Of a DNA stretch of 64,000 nt, positions 62,801-64,000 are shown piece after piece (the stretch's first letter is position 1; every line of letters begins with the position of its first letter). A program made the position numbers and the translations under genes. The notes beneath the pieces were generated by a model. The model saw only the letters and a list, made by a program, of their open reading frames with translations. It did no database searches and was not told where the DNA came from. Origin of the DNA: Piromyces finnis finn (lineage: Eukaryota; Fungi; Neocallimastigomycota); assembly GCA_002104945.1 (NCBI GenBank), contig MCFH01000002.1:248001-312000 (forward strand), given 5' to 3'.

Positions 62801-64000
62801 ATGAAAGAAATGAATTTAATGATATTCTTGGTAACTTTGGAAGTGATGATATTGATAGTAATATTAAGAAAGAAATAATTAAAAGGTTTGATGAGTATAA
62901 TTTATACTATAATGACTCCTATTTAAAATGTGCTTACTTAGCATTGTCGGCATGTAAAGCTGGTCTTCACCCTCTTTTAATTGGTAAAAATGGATCAGGA
63001 TTAACAGAATTAGCTAAATTTGTTGCTTGCAATTATTCTATTAGTACTGATACATTTTTAAGTGAATCTAAAAGGACTAATGTTGAAGTAGTATGTCTTG
63101 GTTCTGAAACATCAACAGATGATTTAGTGGGTTGTTTCCAGCCAATATTATGTAAAACTGAAGATTTAACCAAACTTATTTCATGGGTAGATGGTCCAAT
63201 TTTTAGAGCAGGAAAAAGTGGAAATCCTGTAATATTAGATGGAATAAATTGTGCTAAATCACAAGTTATAGAATATTTAAATCCATTGTTGGAAGATAAT
63301 TCAGTTTTTAATAATGTTAAATTTAATGTAAAAGAAAAGGGCGATGAAGAATATGTTAATATAGAAAAAGGCTTTATAATTATTGGTACTATGAAGGTAG
63401 AAGAAGGAATAGAAAAGATATCAAAAGCTTTGATGAATAGATTTGTAGCTATATATTTGGACGACTTTTCATTAAATGCTGAAGTAATTGAAAAAATAAC
63501 ATATTTAACAGTTAAAAAACTTGAAAATAAAAATAAAAAAAGTTTTGAAGTAGATGACACACTAACTAATAATTGTGATTATAATAAGATTGAAAATGAA
63601 AGTTTATTAGAAATGGAGGATGAAAGAATTGAAAGAGATGAGGAGGAGGATGAAATCACTTCAGAATCAGACTTTGATGAAGAAGAAGATGGTCAAGGTA
63701 TTGTATTTTCAGATTCAAATGAGGAAGAAAGTGAAAATGATAAAGAAGGTGAATTTAATAACTTATCACATTTTACTAACGAAAGAAATAATGCCAATAT
63801 TTCTTCGGAATATTCAAATGATAATTGTGAAACAAAGGAAGAAGACATTCCTAATTGGTATAATATGAACAATTTTAATAGTATAAATATAAAAGAAATA
63901 GTAGAACTACTTAAAAATGTTGAATTTAAAAATATTAAGACGTTAATTAAAACAATTACTAAATTATATTATATTATTCAAAGAACTAAAATGTCTGGTT
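59818..64000 (+). CDS. Large protein: N-terminal pseudokinase, (SN)n linker, unassigned domain, and at least two midasin/MoxR-like AAA+ modules; runs off the window
   Basis: I read this frame codon by codon from ATG 59818 to 64000 and found no stop (at least 1394 codons). Kinase-fold remnants: IFFTYCHNTLAEYM, LYLIH, PTLSPYNIL, WFVPE, SIHSFGYILYYLLTGKAPL. AAA1: GFTSAGKS / TTVEDLLG / ILILDECDLA. AAA2: GKNGSGLT / TSTDDLVG / WVDGPIFRA / VILDGIN / ALMNRF. The start is uncertain because a possible acceptor TAG lies at 59800-59802. Confidence 0.85.
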   Translation, partial: MNEIVRLLTSMKVDENGLISDRNFVKDIIRKVGGDKNLKSSLKNSYLPYTSWYIVNIQDIQENNNNVKEDEDYEIVLIRISTINEAFDEYEKLIQNEYILNKKLLDYGVSPKFKGYSFFGKCMCVSIFFTYCHNTLAEYMEKNDFKNILKELVHKLYLIHHQENGNYCILPTLSPYNILCSKNNLCPIIFSEIFLSNDSVSLMNKLKKPQKHNWFVPEFNQLGESEQYQLSYYSSIHSFGYILYYLLTGKAPLTSDEEWKIFFEERSDNIEHILFRDIIKECISVSEENKVLFSSLYKKINTACEKSSYNPFTNDSLKCNKEFNSDNKNKNNNNVILSSKKHTILSCEAFNNINNSNSNSNSNSNSNSNSNSNSNSNSNSNSNSNSNSNSNSNSNSNSNSNSNSNSNSNSNSNKDEKERDDENYNDNRNKFISSNDKYMDGFTFKDIDSKKKKRIYFIHLCIRLYEKIDDDIEVYDLYNQNNSYKLLKYNYDNDDDTKYFSVVPFYVYNGMKSVVFGVRSRLNINNDIKLLEPKASKIKKTNRYRYKVILTNVSPDMYIKIYKPIYKDVLTYLRQISLINPKNYEYPYQYISELTEMLSNYDLVDIILKTGFNPFAKVIINILRSRNYSLKDISKYIDNNYKVNSNKYKNAPELIYELNKEIDLDNNQENNNIDEKVIIDKKRNELLCDEKFYSNENKTDQKKDIVTDVMEMMPNILNSEYFDYIDKNFCQKKIEEYNNSPEGQKRRITTILTPETIKKIKQIIFGLLANTPMIIKGFTSAGKSFNAIVSSVIHGGQSPVSIVLSENTTVEDLLGKYILQRKESSMMSFVPGVLLKAYIEGKILILDECDLAKPEVLSCILGSLSKDEITVNNRIYRKTKGYNVILTMNGETEGFTSTQRNELNLNILSKFVIIEFDKMSKEECELIFMKLMPNAYKQNVPNFVNLHNRMLEYSQKTIDPIVTLRNLKACIYLLKVNIPVRASAEIAYSGRFPIDERNEFNDILGNFGSDDIDSNIKKEIIKRFDEYNLYYNDSYLKCAYLALSACKAGLHPLLIGKNGSGLTELAKFVACNYSISTDTFLSESKRTNVEVVCLGSETSTDDLVGCFQPILCKTEDLTKLISWVDGPIFRAGKSGNPVILDGINCAKSQVIEYLNPLLEDNSVFNNVKFNVKEKGDEEYVNIEKGFIIIGTMKVEEGIEKISKALMNRFVAIYLDDFSLNAEVIEKITYLTVKKLENKNKKSFEVDDTLTNNCDYNKIENESLLEMEDERIERDEEEDEITSESDFDEEEDGQGIVFSDSNEEESENDKEGEFNNLSHFTNERNNANISSEYSNDNCETKEEDIPNWYNMNNFNSINIKEIVELLKNVEFKNIKTLIKTITKLYYIIQRTKMSG
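60883..61056 (+). repeat. Coding (AGTAAT)n hexanucleotide repeat encoding (Ser-Asn)29
   Basis: 174 bp of AGTAAT units (two AGTAAC variants), in frame within the 59818 ORF. Confidence 0.95.

Noticed and set aside
59818-64000. Horizontal or viral origin of the AAA gene inferred from lack of introns
   Set aside because: Host genes in this window also have exons of 1.6-2.2 kb, and composition matches the host. Lack of introns alone is insufficient without a phylogeny.

Overview
Very AT-rich, intron-rich eukaryotic DNA. The base composition, long (TAA)n/(TTA)n microsatellites and Asn-rich proteins point to an anaerobic gut fungus (Neocallimastigomycota); this assignment is inference. About 1-50.6 kb is spliced housekeeping genes: formin 3' end, POP3-like, METTL21-family methyltransferase, VMA22/CCDC115, TMA7, an RPE65/carotenoid-oxygenase family gene, p24, an Asn-rich C2H2 zinc-finger gene, SPC3, an ECM27-like cation/Ca exchanger, CBP80, FOL3, PMP3/SNA-like, EAPP-like and a PSP1-domain gene. 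About 51.7-64 kb is the most unusual part. It holds a full-length, TSD-flanked, poly(A)-tailed APE-RT non-LTR retrotransposon whose 5' end carries an exact 189-bp copy of its own ORF 3' region, a multi-hairpin leader and a possible spliceosomal intron. An older, internally deleted copy of the same family follows. The window ends in an uninterrupted ORF of at least 1394 codons, missing from the supplied track because it has no stop in the window, which fuses a pseudokinase to midasin-like AAA modules. The carotenoid-oxygenase homologue appears to have a remodelled iron site. Gene models were assembled by eye, so spans are first-to-last coding base and family calls rest on motif recognition, not database searches.
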